This document shows positions 23,450-34,304 of a stretch of DNA of 64,000 bases, piece after piece. Below the pieces are notes generated by a model, which was given only the letters and a program-made list of their open reading frames with translations, did no database searches and was not told the DNA's origin. This DNA is from an uncultured Nitrososphaerales archaeon (GTDB taxonomy: Archaea > Thermoproteota > Nitrososphaeria > Nitrososphaerales > Nitrososphaeraceae). The first letter of the stretch is position 1; the number at the start of each line of letters is the position of its first letter. Both the position numbers and the translations under genes were made by a program. The stretch lies in NCBI GenBank assembly GCA_963695855.1, contig CAVOHZ010000008.1:537343-601342 (forward strand), in the 5' to 3' direction.

Positions 23450-24000
23450 CATGGTGATTAATGCTCATGGTGATTAATGCTCATGGTCTTCTCATATCAA
23501 AAAGAGGTAACTACATTGGAGACATATAGAATAAAGAACGAAAAGAATATCTAAAACCATACATTTCAGTTAATGTAAAGTCAAAACGGATAGTATCATT
23601 AATAATAACCAAAGGTACAGTTCATAATAAGAAGAAACTTGTAATAATGATAAAAAAAATTTACAAACATGAAAATATTGCAAAAATATATACAAACAAA
23701 GCATATGACAATAAACCTAATTTCAATCTGTCAGATAAATTGCTTATTGAACCAGTAATATCAATTAGAAGAAATACTAACGGTAAAAATAGAAAAGTCT
23801 TGAGATGAACAGGTCCATCTGATTTAAGATATTGGAAGTGACATATATAAGAAACTACAAGATACTAGGCAAAGATGGATTGCCGAAGTATCTTTTAATC
23901 ATTAAACCTTGTATTGAGAGAACATCTAATATCAAAGAAATTCATCATACAAAAGGTAGAAACTAACATAAAGATAATTCTGTAAAGAAGATTCGTGTCA
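23450..24000 (+). mobile_element. Highly degenerate IS5 (IS903-like) transposase remnant
   Basis: Fragments YLK..ISVNVKSKRIVS, KAYDN..NFNL, IEPVISIRRN, GKRWIAE. Confidence 0.6.
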
Positions 24001-24148
24001 CTTAATTGTCAATAATTCGTAATTAACTATCACATTCTTGAATTAAGCTAAACACTAAGTGGCTGCACCTAGAGTTCTATTACGCAATTAAGAAAAAAAA
24101 GGTAGTTTATTTTTATAAGTTTTTTTCTCTTCTATATGAATTCACTTT

Positions 24149-24688
24149 TTAACCTGGAATATTCCCTTCACTTGCCGGTAGAACATTGGGATTTTTCATT
24201 ATTTCATTGACACTAACGATTGCTACACTTTCTTCAGGGAATGTAATCTTTTGATCGGACGGATTATGTAATGCAATATCGGTAAGTAACCATCCATCTT
24301 CTGCCATGACAGACCCAAGATCGGTATGATACATACATATCTTTCCAGCTAGGGACATATTTGCTACAGCATGGAGTTCAAGTTTTTTCATAAAAGTTTC
24401 ACCTGAAGCTACTCCGCCAAGAAGTTCGATTAATGGTTCTGATTTATCATTACATGGAACTTTTACTGCCACATGACCATTCATTATATGGAATTTCCCC
24501 GTATCATAAAGATGTATCTGGCCATTTGGCAAGATTGACTTTCCTTCTAATAACAATGTAACGGAATCTCTTGTTAGAATACTTTCTGAATCTGTTGCTG
24601 GTTGTGCACTAAGAAAATTTACTGAGGATGTAAAAGTTGTGAGGATAACTACGAACACAAGCCCAATTAAAATGTTTCTTTTTTCCAT
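24149..24688 (-). CDS. Secreted His/Cys-motif protein (family copy 2)
   Basis: RDSVTLLL..IHLYDT..GHVAVKVPC..CMYHTD..LTDIALHNP, as in 2462-3037. Confidence 0.87.
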   Translation of the reverse strand: MEKRNILIGLVFVVILTTFTSSVNFLSAQPATDSESILTRDSVTLLLEGKSILPNGQIHLYDTGKFHIMNGHVAVKVPCNDKSEPLIELLGGVASGETFMKKLELHAVANMSLAGKICMYHTDLGSVMAEDGWLLTDIALHNPSDQKITFPEESVAIVSVNEIMKNPNVLPASEGNIPG

Positions 24689-24810
24689 TCTTAATTATTA
24701 CTATGCAAGAACTTGTATTTAACATTTAAATCATATTTGTTAAGATAGAATACAATTTATTGTGATATTTTATTAATGATAGAAAATATTGGTAGCAAAT
24801 ATAAATACAA

Positions 24811-24885
24811 GTTGCATTGTCGGGCCGTAATGATAGCCCGACAACGGTTAGATCTTATCTGGCTGGGATATCGAGCTTCTTTTTG
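24811..24885 (+). ncRNA. Candidate structured small RNA or cis-element
   Basis: Perfect 9-bp stem TTGTCGGGC/GCCCGACAA (24817-24844), adjacent stem CGGTTAGAT/ATCTGGCTG with three G-U pairs, then a T-tract. Confidence 0.35.
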
Positions 24886-24926
24886 CCGTAAACGTATTCC
24901 TGAAGGTTTAAGATATAAATATTGAC

Positions 24927-24945
24927 GTACATACATCGAATGTAC
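24927..24945. promoter_or_regulatory. Operator candidate GTACATAC-ATC-GAATGTAC
   Basis: 15/16 match; lies between divergent secreted-protein genes. Confidence 0.65.
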
Positions 24946-25163
24946 TACCTAGACAATTAATTGCAAATATATATGGGACTCAGAATTATCTTAATATTCT
25001 TTACATTATTAGGTTTTTCAAACTTTTATTCTAATTAAATTATCAAAATAAAATGATAATGTTTGAATAATAAGTTTTAATTAATTAATCTTTTCAAGCT
25101 TTTATGGTTTTTAACGGGATGATAAATTTTAGTATTTATAAATCTTCATAGTTACCGCACTTT

Positions 25164-26105
25164 ATGATTTCATGGATGTACCATAAGTTTCTTAAGACTG
25201 GTATTCAAATTCCTTTTATGCAAAGTGTGGGATTCAAGATAATCAGTTCGATATCTCTATCTTTAACCATGATCCTTGTTTTATTTTATATCAATGCTTA
25301 TGCACATACGTTTTCTAGCGACGAAAGTGCTTCATTTCTTGTGACCATCGATGAGATTAAAACCCAGGGAGATTTAATTCAAATGGCAATAAATAGCAAA
25401 GATACAAAATCCATTATATCCCACATGAACAAATTAAAAGGCCTCTATAGTGAATACATAAACAAAGAGATATCGGAAAAGAATAAGAGAATTTCTACTG
25501 AAATCTATTCAATCATAAATTCACTTAATTCCACAAATTATGGTTACCCAAATATCAAGTCTAAAATGCTAGACCTGAACCATCTGTTAGATGAATCAAT
25601 ATCGATAAGGATACTTCCAGGTGCTGAAAATAATTCTACTGTTCAAGCACTACGATTTGCTGGACTCATTAATTCTATAGATAAATATTATGTAAAGGCC
25701 TTTCATAAAGAATCAATGAATATGTCACAGATGAACGAAATGAAGAAGGATAATAGCTCGCTTATGTCTATGAATTCGAAGCATAATCAATCTTCAATCA
25801 CTGATTCAACAGCATACGATACCGCAAAAAAATTATTGATTACATTGAAATCTGTTTTTGAATCAAAATTAAAACAGGTTGATTTAAAAAATGAAGTTAA
25901 TTATTCGGACATAATAAATAAGGGACTTGAAAATTTAACATCCATAATAAATGATAAAAGACCTTATGAAGAAGCTATTAAAATAATTCATGGTATAATT
26001 CAACCCACATTAAAGGAAGAATTTAACCTCAAATTGGCACAATCTCTACCAAATAAACTTGGTAATGGTACAAATGACCATGTGTCTCATGTGAAGGTGC
26101 ATTAG
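25164..26105 (+). CDS. Secreted helical N-His/Met-rich protein (family copy 2)
   Basis: AYA|HTFSSDESASFL; STVQAL; MNMSQM; HGIIQP; His-rich tail; true start possibly 25218. Confidence 0.85.
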   Translation: MISWMYHKFLKTGIQIPFMQSVGFKIISSISLSLTMILVLFYINAYAHTFSSDESASFLVTIDEIKTQGDLIQMAINSKDTKSIISHMNKLKGLYSEYINKEISEKNKRISTEIYSIINSLNSTNYGYPNIKSKMLDLNHLLDESISIRILPGAENNSTVQALRFAGLINSIDKYYVKAFHKESMNMSQMNEMKKDNSSLMSMNSKHNQSSITDSTAYDTAKKLLITLKSVFESKLKQVDLKNEVNYSDIINKGLENLTSIINDKRPYEEAIKIIHGIIQPTLKEEFNLKLAQSLPNKLGNGTNDHVSHVKVH

Positions 26106-26108
26106 AAA

Positions 26109-26909
26109 TTGCATAAAGCTTTTCTACCTTCATTTTTCATTTTTTTATTATTTATCAATTTTCAAATTGAAAACTCTTATTCACATAGTTTTACCATGGA
26201 TGACTCTATTTATTTTATTTCTCTAGTAAAGCAGACAGAATTGGAATTAAAATTTGCAACAGAATATTTTCCAACCAATATTACGTTATCATTAGACCAT
26301 CTTGATGAACTCGTTCCTAAAATTACCGATCTCTATTACTTTAATGATGCATTCGTAACTGACCAAGATTTTGTAGATAGATACAATAAAGATGTATATT
26401 CCACAAACAGTACTACTCAGGCTTTAGTAGTAGGTACACTAGTTGATATTTTGTTAAGTAAATATGCCTCATCCATGAATCTAAATTTTGACCTCACAAA
26501 TATGTCTAATTTACTAGTATTTGTTAATTCATCTGAATTAAGTGATACTGTCCAAAATAATACTTTTGAAACTAGTTATAAACCATCGAATACAAATATC
26601 GATATCAGTGAACATGATTACAAATTGCTGTTTTCAAATACTAATCCAATTATCGATCATTCAGATTATTTTGTTGCAAGGGAGTTATCAAAAGAAATAA
26701 ATTCAATATTTTATTTTTATCTTAAATCCTTTGATGGCTTAAATAGGGAAAATATTCACAATGTTATAAGCTTAGAAAATAATTTACAAACTTTAGATGA
26801 GATGGTTAAAAATAAAGATCCACCTGCTGAACTTATGAAACTAGTTCATCTTGATATTCACCCTATAATGCAAAAAATTTATTCTTTAAAAATAAAACAA
26901 CCAAAATAA
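26109..26909 (+). CDS. Secreted helical N-His protein (family copy 3)
   Basis: SYS|HSFTMDD; STTQAL; FDLTNMSN; HLDIHP. Confidence 0.82.
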   Translation: MHKAFLPSFFIFLLFINFQIENSYSHSFTMDDSIYFISLVKQTELELKFATEYFPTNITLSLDHLDELVPKITDLYYFNDAFVTDQDFVDRYNKDVYSTNSTTQALVVGTLVDILLSKYASSMNLNFDLTNMSNLLVFVNSSELSDTVQNNTFETSYKPSNTNIDISEHDYKLLFSNTNPIIDHSDYFVARELSKEINSIFYFYLKSFDGLNRENIHNVISLENNLQTLDEMVKNKDPPAELMKLVHLDIHPIMQKIYSLKIKQPK

Positions 26910-27284
26910 TTCAATAATTTATTATATGAATTGTTCGTGTCTGTTTTTATTTTTTTAACTCATTCATGAATATATTATATGTTATCTTTGGATAGTAAGT
27001 GAATTATTTTTATTTTGTTTTCCTTGGCAGGTTTTGGACTCTGGTTATTCAAGATTTTCTCATTCATAGACGCTAAATCTATAATGAAAGATTTAGGACT
27101 TGTCTCCAATTGTGTCTGTAATTGTATTGATATATATCTGACGGGTATTATATAATTTGACGGATCGTGCTCAATATCATCGCTTTTCCAGTTATTTTGT
27201 TAAGATAAATAATAAGTTAAATGAGAATTTCATGTTGTAGAATAAACAATATATTTAAATATAGTTTGACATGTCTGGCTTTTT

Positions 27285-28382
27285 GTGAAAATAACAAATG
27301 TTTATTATATTGTACTATTAATTATTGTGATATTTCCTACATATACGGCATGGACAGAAGAAAAAACTAATATCAATAATTCTTCTTTAGCCCCATCATC
27401 TTCAATTTCATTAAACAGAACAAATGTTGATTTTGCTACAAATATAGAATTTATAAAGGGGCATTTATCTGCTGCAATTTCAAATAAAGAAATAGGAAAT
27501 AATGAACTTGCACAGACACATACTTTTCATCCAATACATGAAATATATACGTTGATTAGAGATCAAATATCATCTTCAGATACTGAATTAAATAATACGT
27601 TAATTAATTCATTAAACAATCTAACATCCATAGTTTTTACATCCACATCTGCTGAATTTACTGATTTGGCGTCTTCTGTCAAGAGTTTATTAGATAAAGC
27701 AATAATTAAGGCTGTACCAGAAAATGAGATTGCTGATATTAAGTTTAACATGAGTACTTTGATTAATTTACTTAAAACTGCTGAATCAGAATATGGTATT
27801 GGAATAGACAACGGTACAATTATAAATATAGCAGAATATCAAGATGCTCAAGGGTTCGTTTCATCTGCCAATGAACTGTTCAATAAAACAATTAACAATT
27901 TAAATGAATCAATGACTAATAAATTTAGAGAAATTAAAGATTCACTTTATCAATTAAATACATCTATGAGTAATAAAGAAGATGCAAAACAGATTTCCAC
28001 AATAGTCAATAAGGTAACAAATCTTATACCAACTATACTAAATGTACAGGCAAAGGATCTTGCAATTCTTGTTTCAACAGAGAAAGAATCAACCGAATTA
28101 ATAGATAATATTCGTAATCTATTAGATCAATCTATTGAAAAGATAAAGAATAGCGATTATCAGAATGCCGAAACTTTAGTAATAGAAGCGTATTTAGATA
28201 ACTTTGAATTTTTAGAAGGCGAAATAGCAAAACACGATGAATCACTTATGAAGGATACTGAAGTTCTATTAAGAGAACAACTACGTAACCTCATACAAGA
28301 AAAAGCCAGTCTAGAAGATATACAAAAAATGGTAGATAATATAAACACTAAATTAAATGAAATAGAAAAACTATTACAATAA
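27285..28382 (+). CDS. Secreted helical metal-binding protein resembling FTR1-associated ectodomains
   Basis: EFIKGHL..HTFHPIHE..EYQDAQGF..EAYLDNFEFLE; no permease TM region. Confidence 0.7.
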   Translation: MKITNVYYIVLLIIVIFPTYTAWTEEKTNINNSSLAPSSSISLNRTNVDFATNIEFIKGHLSAAISNKEIGNNELAQTHTFHPIHEIYTLIRDQISSSDTELNNTLINSLNNLTSIVFTSTSAEFTDLASSVKSLLDKAIIKAVPENEIADIKFNMSTLINLLKTAESEYGIGIDNGTIINIAEYQDAQGFVSSANELFNKTINNLNESMTNKFREIKDSLYQLNTSMSNKEDAKQISTIVNKVTNLIPTILNVQAKDLAILVSTEKESTELIDNIRNLLDQSIEKIKNSDYQNAETLVIEAYLDNFEFLEGEIAKHDESLMKDTEVLLREQLRNLIQEKASLEDIQKMVDNINTKLNEIEKLLQ

Positions 28383-28959
28383 AATTTTTTATTCTTTTCA
28401 GATATTTAAATTAATAGATCTAGTAATCTAGCGATATATTGTTTGAAATTACTATCAATTAAAATTTATGATATTTCGGATTTTCTAAGGAATATAAAAT
28501 TAATCTTTTTAAACAAAGTTTACCAATATCATATTACCACTGTTCTAGTCAATTCGTTTTTGATCTAGAGGTTTCAACTATTTTTCTGGGGAAAAATTAT
28601 TTTGTTAAGTAACGGATAGCTACTTCAACTGCTATATACCCAATAAACAACAGTGAAGATATTGTTATTGCATAGGGAATTAAACGGAGCTTAGATTTTA
28701 CCCTAAAAGATTTTTGGTCTAGATTCATCTAATACATCTATATAATTTATTTATATATCAAATTTTTCTTATATAATAATGATATATTGTTATATAACGT
28801 AGTTATAGAATGCTTTTAAAGGTACTGAAGTTTCAAATATTTTAATACTCTTTTAGTAGCCACATTGGACAATTACAAGTTAATGAGACTATCTTTGGTA
28901 ATGTTGTTAACAATTACCATTTGTTTTATTATTATTATGAATCAATATTTGAGATTTGT

Positions 28960-29670
28960 TTAACCTGGCCATTTACTTTTTTTATAAAGTACTTCTGGCT
29001 TTACTTGTACCAAATATGGATTTTGTTGTATTAATAAAAAAACTTGTTCAAACTTTTTATTCATTTCATTAATTTGTACTTTCATTCCTTTTATTTCCTC
29101 ATCTTTTTCCTGGAGTTGGTCTTTTATTACATAATCTTTATCTTGATTCTTAGCAAGTAATTCTTGAACTTGTTTGGAGAGTCTATTCTCATCATTGATT
29201 GTCAATGCGTCAATTCCATGTAAATATCCTTTACAGTCATTTGTTCCTTCTAGCAATACATTAGAATCAGGATTGAAATAATGAGAACAAACACCAGGTA
29301 GTTTATGACTCATTAGCATTTCAACAAAGTCGGGATATACACCTGCTGTTCGTGCTTCGGTATCAAAAAATTTACTAAAAGCGTGAGTTAGCATTGTTGG
29401 ATTTTTTTGTTTTTTTTTTATTTACAAAGTCATAAGGTATTTTTTCTCTTAGATACACTAAAAAGGATTTAATATCATTTTCAATCATTTTCTTATCTTT
29501 TTAAACCATTATAGAATATTGTTTTGAGTCTGCAGCACCAAGAAATTCTAAAAAATATTTTATTCGTCTGGTATAATTTTCTTTGTAATTTTTGATTTTA
29601 ATGCATTAATAAAATTTAGATATAATATTTCATTTTGATCTGATAAATGTTCTTGTTTTAGCAATACTTA
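28960..29670 (-). pseudogene. Tyrosine recombinase/integrase remnant with internal deletion
   Basis: THAFSKFFDT..VEMLMSH..HYF followed by a coiled-coil tail; N-terminal fragments upstream. Confidence 0.7.
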
Positions 29671-29899
29671 CATAAAATTAAACCTTGTATATATTGTTAG
29701 TATATCTTATCAATTCTATAAAAAATTGTTAATTTTTCTTAATTTTAGTTAGTGCGTTAGTATGGAAGGAAAAAGAGCAAAATAACAAAAATAATTGCAG
29801 CAAGTGTTGACAAAATTACAAGAGTAGTTGACTTCATAATAGTATATTATAGATTGTATTATTTTTGTTTCTTTATATTAAAGTTTTTGTATGATGATG

Positions 29900-30348
29900 A
29901 CGAATAAGAATTACAGAAATGTCTAACGGTGTTTTGTCTTATCACTTAAATCTTTTGGATTATTCTGAAAGAGTTAGAGTACATAGAGTTAAAAATAGAA
30001 TAACCAGATATTTTTCTCATGATGTTTCCACTGAGGAATCTAATTAAATTAATTAGGACTTTTACGTCAAAGTACTGCTAGAAAGATTATTCTTTATATG
30101 TTAGAATCTGGACTTTGTGGATTTAATGATATCGTTACTTGTACAAGAAGGTACTGTCCAATGTCTCGTGGCATTTGTTAAGATTAAAAGATGCAGACAT
30201 TATCAAGGTACGTAGACAAAATGAACTTAATTATTATGATATTAAAATAGACAACCTTAAACTTTACAATCTATTAAATAAATATAAAAGTAGTTTTATT
30301 ACAGAAAAAATTGTCGATGATTATGTAGATATGATTAATGAATTCTAA
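29900..30348 (+). pseudogene. Pseudogene paralogue of the wHTH regulator 1331-1870
   Basis: SNGVLSYHL..NRITRYFS, LLRQSTARKI and VSWHLLRLK..IVDDYVDMINEF in broken frames. Confidence 0.85.
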
Positions 30349-30540
30349 TAAAAATCTTTAAACTCAGTTTTTCTTATTATTGTATATTTTAATTTAATAA
30401 TTAATAATAATAAAGCAGAAATAGTAACCTTTCTAAGATCACCAAATCAATCATATGAAACTACTGCTAGACAACCGGTTTGTAACTTATTCCGCCTTTT
30501 GTCTCAATCTTTTTATTAATTGAATGTTATTAATCTTGTG

Positions 30541-30559
30541 GTACATTCGATGAATGTAC
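30541..30559. promoter_or_regulatory. Palindromic operator candidate GTACATTC-GAT-GAATGTAC
   Basis: Perfect palindrome about 100 bp upstream of 30662. Confidence 0.7.
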
Positions 30560-30661
30560 GTTATCAAGATCTGTATAACGATTCGGTAATTTATTATCGG
30601 ATAAATTTTAACGTGTTATTCTTCGAACTTCAATTATAATTAAGAAATTTAATAATAAACG

Positions 30662-32455
30662 ATGTACAAGTTATATATTTCAATGGCTTTTTTGACGAGC
30701 CTAATATTGGGATCAGGTTTTGCTATTGTAGGTCAATCGGTCCTAGCTCAAAATTTTGGATACAATGACCATTCATATGACAGCTATTCCGACTACAGAC
30801 CTATCTATAACGAAGATCCAAGAATGGATAAAAGATATGATTCAGACACATATGACAGTTATTCCGACTACAGACCTAGCTATTACAAAGATCCAAGAAT
30901 GGATAAAAGCTATGATTCAGAAACATATGACAGCTACTTCGACTACAGCTCAGGCTCAGAATGTCAAAATACCTTAACATCACATCCATTTAGTATAAAC
31001 ACGGATATGATGAGACCAGTCTTGTACTTGATAGATCCTATTAGCGATACTATTATAACTGTAGATCTTTCTACAGATCCTAAATATCCAACTGGCAGTT
31101 TTCCACTTCATACTCTCATTACACCAGATGGAAAGAAGGCATTTCTTAGTACAATGAGTTCTGATACTGCTCCTGCTACAATACTTGCACTTGATATAAA
31201 TTATATTGATTGGCAAGCAGGCTGGGCTGATGTTGAGATTACTAATGTTATTGAAATAGCTGAACCCAATACCATACCACCAACTCCAATTGTACAAAAT
31301 CGTACAGATGATGATACTCAACCAATAATAGCTAGCTTGTGGTTTCCACAGAATGTCCAAATTCATGGTCCTTCATTACATCCAACCTGTAAATTTGCAT
31401 ACTTTACAGAATGGACAGGCAATGGTAAAATAAGAGTATTAGATGTTGATAAAGGAACTCTAGCAGAGTCTGACCCAATTCAATATGGAGATACAACTAC
31501 ATGGTTACATGGAGTATTCTTTAATCCTTCTGGAGATAAGGCATTAGCACCTAAATACCACTTTGAGGGAAACTATTTAGTTTTTTTTGATGTTGATAAA
31601 GAGACAGGTCAACTCAGTAATCCTGTAAAAGTAATATTAGGATCAGATTCACAATATGCAGCATTTCCACACTTTGTCACATGGATAGATGATACAACTG
31701 CAATAACATCTACTCAGCAATTAGGTCCAACATCTCTTACTCCAGATAATGCCGAGATTATAGGTCCAAGTGTATGGTTGATTAATACTAATAAAATAGG
31801 AGATGATAAAAGCTATGATTCAGACACATATGACAGTTATTCCGACTACAGACCTATCTATAACGAAGATCCAAGAATGGATAAAAGATATGATTCAGAC
31901 ACATATGACAGTTATTCCGACTACAGACCTATCTATAACGAAGATCCAAGAATGGATAAAAGATATGATTCAGACACATATGACAGTTATTCCGACTACA
32001 GACCTAACTATAACATAGGATCCAATACTGAAAATCCAACAGAAGCTGCTGCAACTATGATTATAGCTGCAACTCAAAGTCCAGATGGTAATGGAATTTA
32101 TAAACCTGCTTCAGATACCACAATAATTAACACAAAATTATATGTTGCTGAAGAAGATTCAATGGATGAAGAAATAAATAATGATGGACATGTATCAATT
32201 TGGGATATAAGCGATATAACAAATCCACAATTAATTAATAGACTTAGTCCTGGAAAAGGTTTGCCAGAGAATTTCGAATTAGGACATACAATTTATTCAA
32301 CACCTGACAATAAATTTGTCTATGTTGAATCCTGGCACTCAGCTCACTTAGTTAAGATAGATACTGCAATAGACGAAGTCATACAGGTCTATAATAACGA
32401 AAATGCAGGATTTCACCATCCACATGGTGGTTTTATAACGGGTAAATTCCGATAG
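30662..32455 (+). CDS. Secreted His-lined beta-propeller with two blocks of 25-aa Tyr/Asp-rich repeats
   Basis: Signal peptide; blade motifs PLHTLITPDG, IHGPSLHP, LHGVFFNPSG, PHFVTW, GHTIYSTPDN, HHPHGG. Confidence 0.85.
   Translation: MYKLYISMAFLTSLILGSGFAIVGQSVLAQNFGYNDHSYDSYSDYRPIYNEDPRMDKRYDSDTYDSYSDYRPSYYKDPRMDKSYDSETYDSYFDYSSGSECQNTLTSHPFSINTDMMRPVLYLIDPISDTIITVDLSTDPKYPTGSFPLHTLITPDGKKAFLSTMSSDTAPATILALDINYIDWQAGWADVEITNVIEIAEPNTIPPTPIVQNRTDDDTQPIIASLWFPQNVQIHGPSLHPTCKFAYFTEWTGNGKIRVLDVDKGTLAESDPIQYGDTTTWLHGVFFNPSGDKALAPKYHFEGNYLVFFDVDKETGQLSNPVKVILGSDSQYAAFPHFVTWIDDTTAITSTQQLGPTSLTPDNAEIIGPSVWLINTNKIGDDKSYDSDTYDSYSDYRPIYNEDPRMDKRYDSDTYDSYSDYRPIYNEDPRMDKRYDSDTYDSYSDYRPNYNIGSNTENPTEAAATMIIAATQSPDGNGIYKPASDTTIINTKLYVAEEDSMDEEINNDGHVSIWDISDITNPQLINRLSPGKGLPENFELGHTIYSTPDNKFVYVESWHSAHLVKIDTAIDEVIQVYNNENAGFHHPHGGFITGKFR
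30774..30948 (+). repeat. 75-bp coding tandem repeat, block 1 (about 2.3 units)
   Basis: Units start at 30774, 30849 and 30924; encode YDSYSDYRPIYNEDPRMDKRYDSDT. Confidence 0.93.
31805..32013 (+). repeat. 75-bp coding tandem repeat, block 2 (about 2.8 units)
   Basis: Same unit, near-identical DNA, in phase at 31827, 31902 and 31977. Confidence 0.93.
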
Positions 32456-32654
32456 AAAAAACTACTATATATCATCTATATGTATATATGTATTTGACAT
32501 GTATACTACACTAATTATTTTAATCTCTTAAATTATATCAATAGCATAAGTATACTGACATTATTTTACTATCTGTTGTACATTTTAGATCGCAATAGCT
32601 ATTAGCTAGTATAATTAATATCATATATAATTTCTATTGATTAATACAGTATCA

Positions 32655-32790
32655 AGACTAGATTTGAAAAACTATACAGATCTGAAGATGATGTTAATGT
32701 TAAGGAAAGAATGCTACTTGTTCTAAATGTAGTATATGCCAAACATATTCCTGCATAGGTAGCAAGAGATCTTCACAGAAGCAAAACATG
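32655..32790 (+). mobile_element. IS630-type HTH remnant
   Basis: RFEKLYRSEDDVNVKERMLLVLNVVY..VARDLHRSKTW, with an internal stop. Confidence 0.7.
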
Positions 32791-32924
32791 GAACAATTAG
32801 GAATAAATTTTCAAAATTTGCAAAGGAAAATAAGATAGATTTTAACTTAAAGTTAAATATTCTTAAAAAAGGTGAGAGTACTGTTGGTCCACTGGGTACT
32901 GCAGCAGTATTTGCAACTACTCCC

Positions 32925-33308
32925 ATGGGTGATAGTGTGGACAAGGTATTGGATAAAATAATGGATGATGCTATCGCATCAGCAAAAAAAGTAGTTGGTA
33001 ATTGTAATGAGAGATGGAAAGGAGAACTTAATCTGGATACTAGACAGTTCTATCAGGAAAAACATACAAACAATTTCTCATTTGATATTCTTGAAGAAGA
33101 ACCTACCACTGACCACTTTTATAAACCAATCATAGGAAGTGGCAAGGGGAATCTTACTTATACTATAGATAAGACTTTACCTGCACCTTCTGCATGCAAT
33201 TTGCTAACTGAAACTTATTATGAGAAAATTTTGTTTGAAGGAAAGTATGATTTGAGAACAAATATTGCCAAATTAAAAGTTGTTCGAATAGAACCTTCAC
33301 AGCTATAG
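32925..33308 (+). CDS. Hypothetical protein, probably a 3' gene fragment
   Basis: 127-aa ORF between an IS630 remnant and a solitary IS6-like end (CTTAAGTTAACAGCACC, 33316-33332). Confidence 0.45.
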   Translation: MGDSVDKVLDKIMDDAIASAKKVVGNCNERWKGELNLDTRQFYQEKHTNNFSFDILEEEPTTDHFYKPIIGSGKGNLTYTIDKTLPAPSACNLLTETYYEKILFEGKYDLRTNIAKLKVVRIEPSQL

Positions 33309-33369
33309 CTCTTTCCTTAAGTTAACAGCACCAACCAAATTGTTAAACTAAAAAAATATATTATAAATA

Positions 33370-33867
33370 ATGATATCCTTTTTTTATATGGATACGAAAA
33401 TAAATATAACAATAATTCTACTTGCATTATTTCTGATTACGTCACTGATCACAAATACATCTTTGGGTCTAGTTTTTGCAGAAGGAAATTTAACTTTGAA
33501 TACATACACGGACATTAAAAATTCTGTTCCTCATAACGCAGTTAATCATGAATCTCATCAAGTAGTCCATTTTATAGAACCTCGGGATAACGTGTTGTAT
33601 AGTGGCATGATTACCTTTACCTCTTCCATTCCTGTAGATATTATTTCCCTTCATGATATAACTAATATTGCTAAAAAGAATATAACCGGTATTAAAACCT
33701 GGATTGTGGATGGTAAAGAGCTAGTACCTACAACACTGATGAAAAATGTCACATCTGGAACAGTGGATTTTGTGGGATCAGGTATACTTTCTCATATCCC
33801 ATATAATCAAACATATAATATGGTCTTCTCGATAGAGGCAAATTCGTTTAAAAAGGAAATAAAATAA
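33370..33867 (+). CDS. Secreted protein with HNAVNHESHQ His motif
   Basis: Signal peptide; HESHQ..YSGMITFTSS.PV..FVGSGILSH. Confidence 0.78.
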   Translation: MISFFYMDTKINITIILLALFLITSLITNTSLGLVFAEGNLTLNTYTDIKNSVPHNAVNHESHQVVHFIEPRDNVLYSGMITFTSSIPVDIISLHDITNIAKKNITGIKTWIVDGKELVPTTLMKNVTSGTVDFVGSGILSHIPYNQTYNMVFSIEANSFKKEIK

Positions 33868-34304
33868 AATAATATAAAAAGTATAAATTCAATTATATAT
33901 CATTTTATACTGATAGTCATTATCGATCTTTTCATCCTCGATAGCTCTAAAATAAATGCAGCTAGCTCCAATAAATAAATCCTGATAAATAAAAATTAAA
34001 GTATCTATCAAATAAAATTATGGTAGACTAAAGATTACAATTTGTTTTTTTAGTTAAGAATGAATTCTAGGTGAAAAATATAATATTAGTTTAATGATGA
34101 AATGAATGATTTTTTTCTAACATAACGTGTACAATTGAAAAGTTTTTTTAACTTGTCTAATAGGTAAAATGTAGTGCTAATAACAATTATACAACCTTGC
34201 AAAATTCAAAGCAGCCTTATTGTTTACCTGTTACATACAGCTCCTTCTGAGATCCAAATGTAATAATAATAAAAGATCTTAAATTATTGTGAATTTAGTT
34301 TTCT

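Noticed and set aside
30756-32018. Alternative-frame ORFs 30756-30977 and 31803-32018
   Set aside because: Open only because the 75-bp unit lacks stops in that frame
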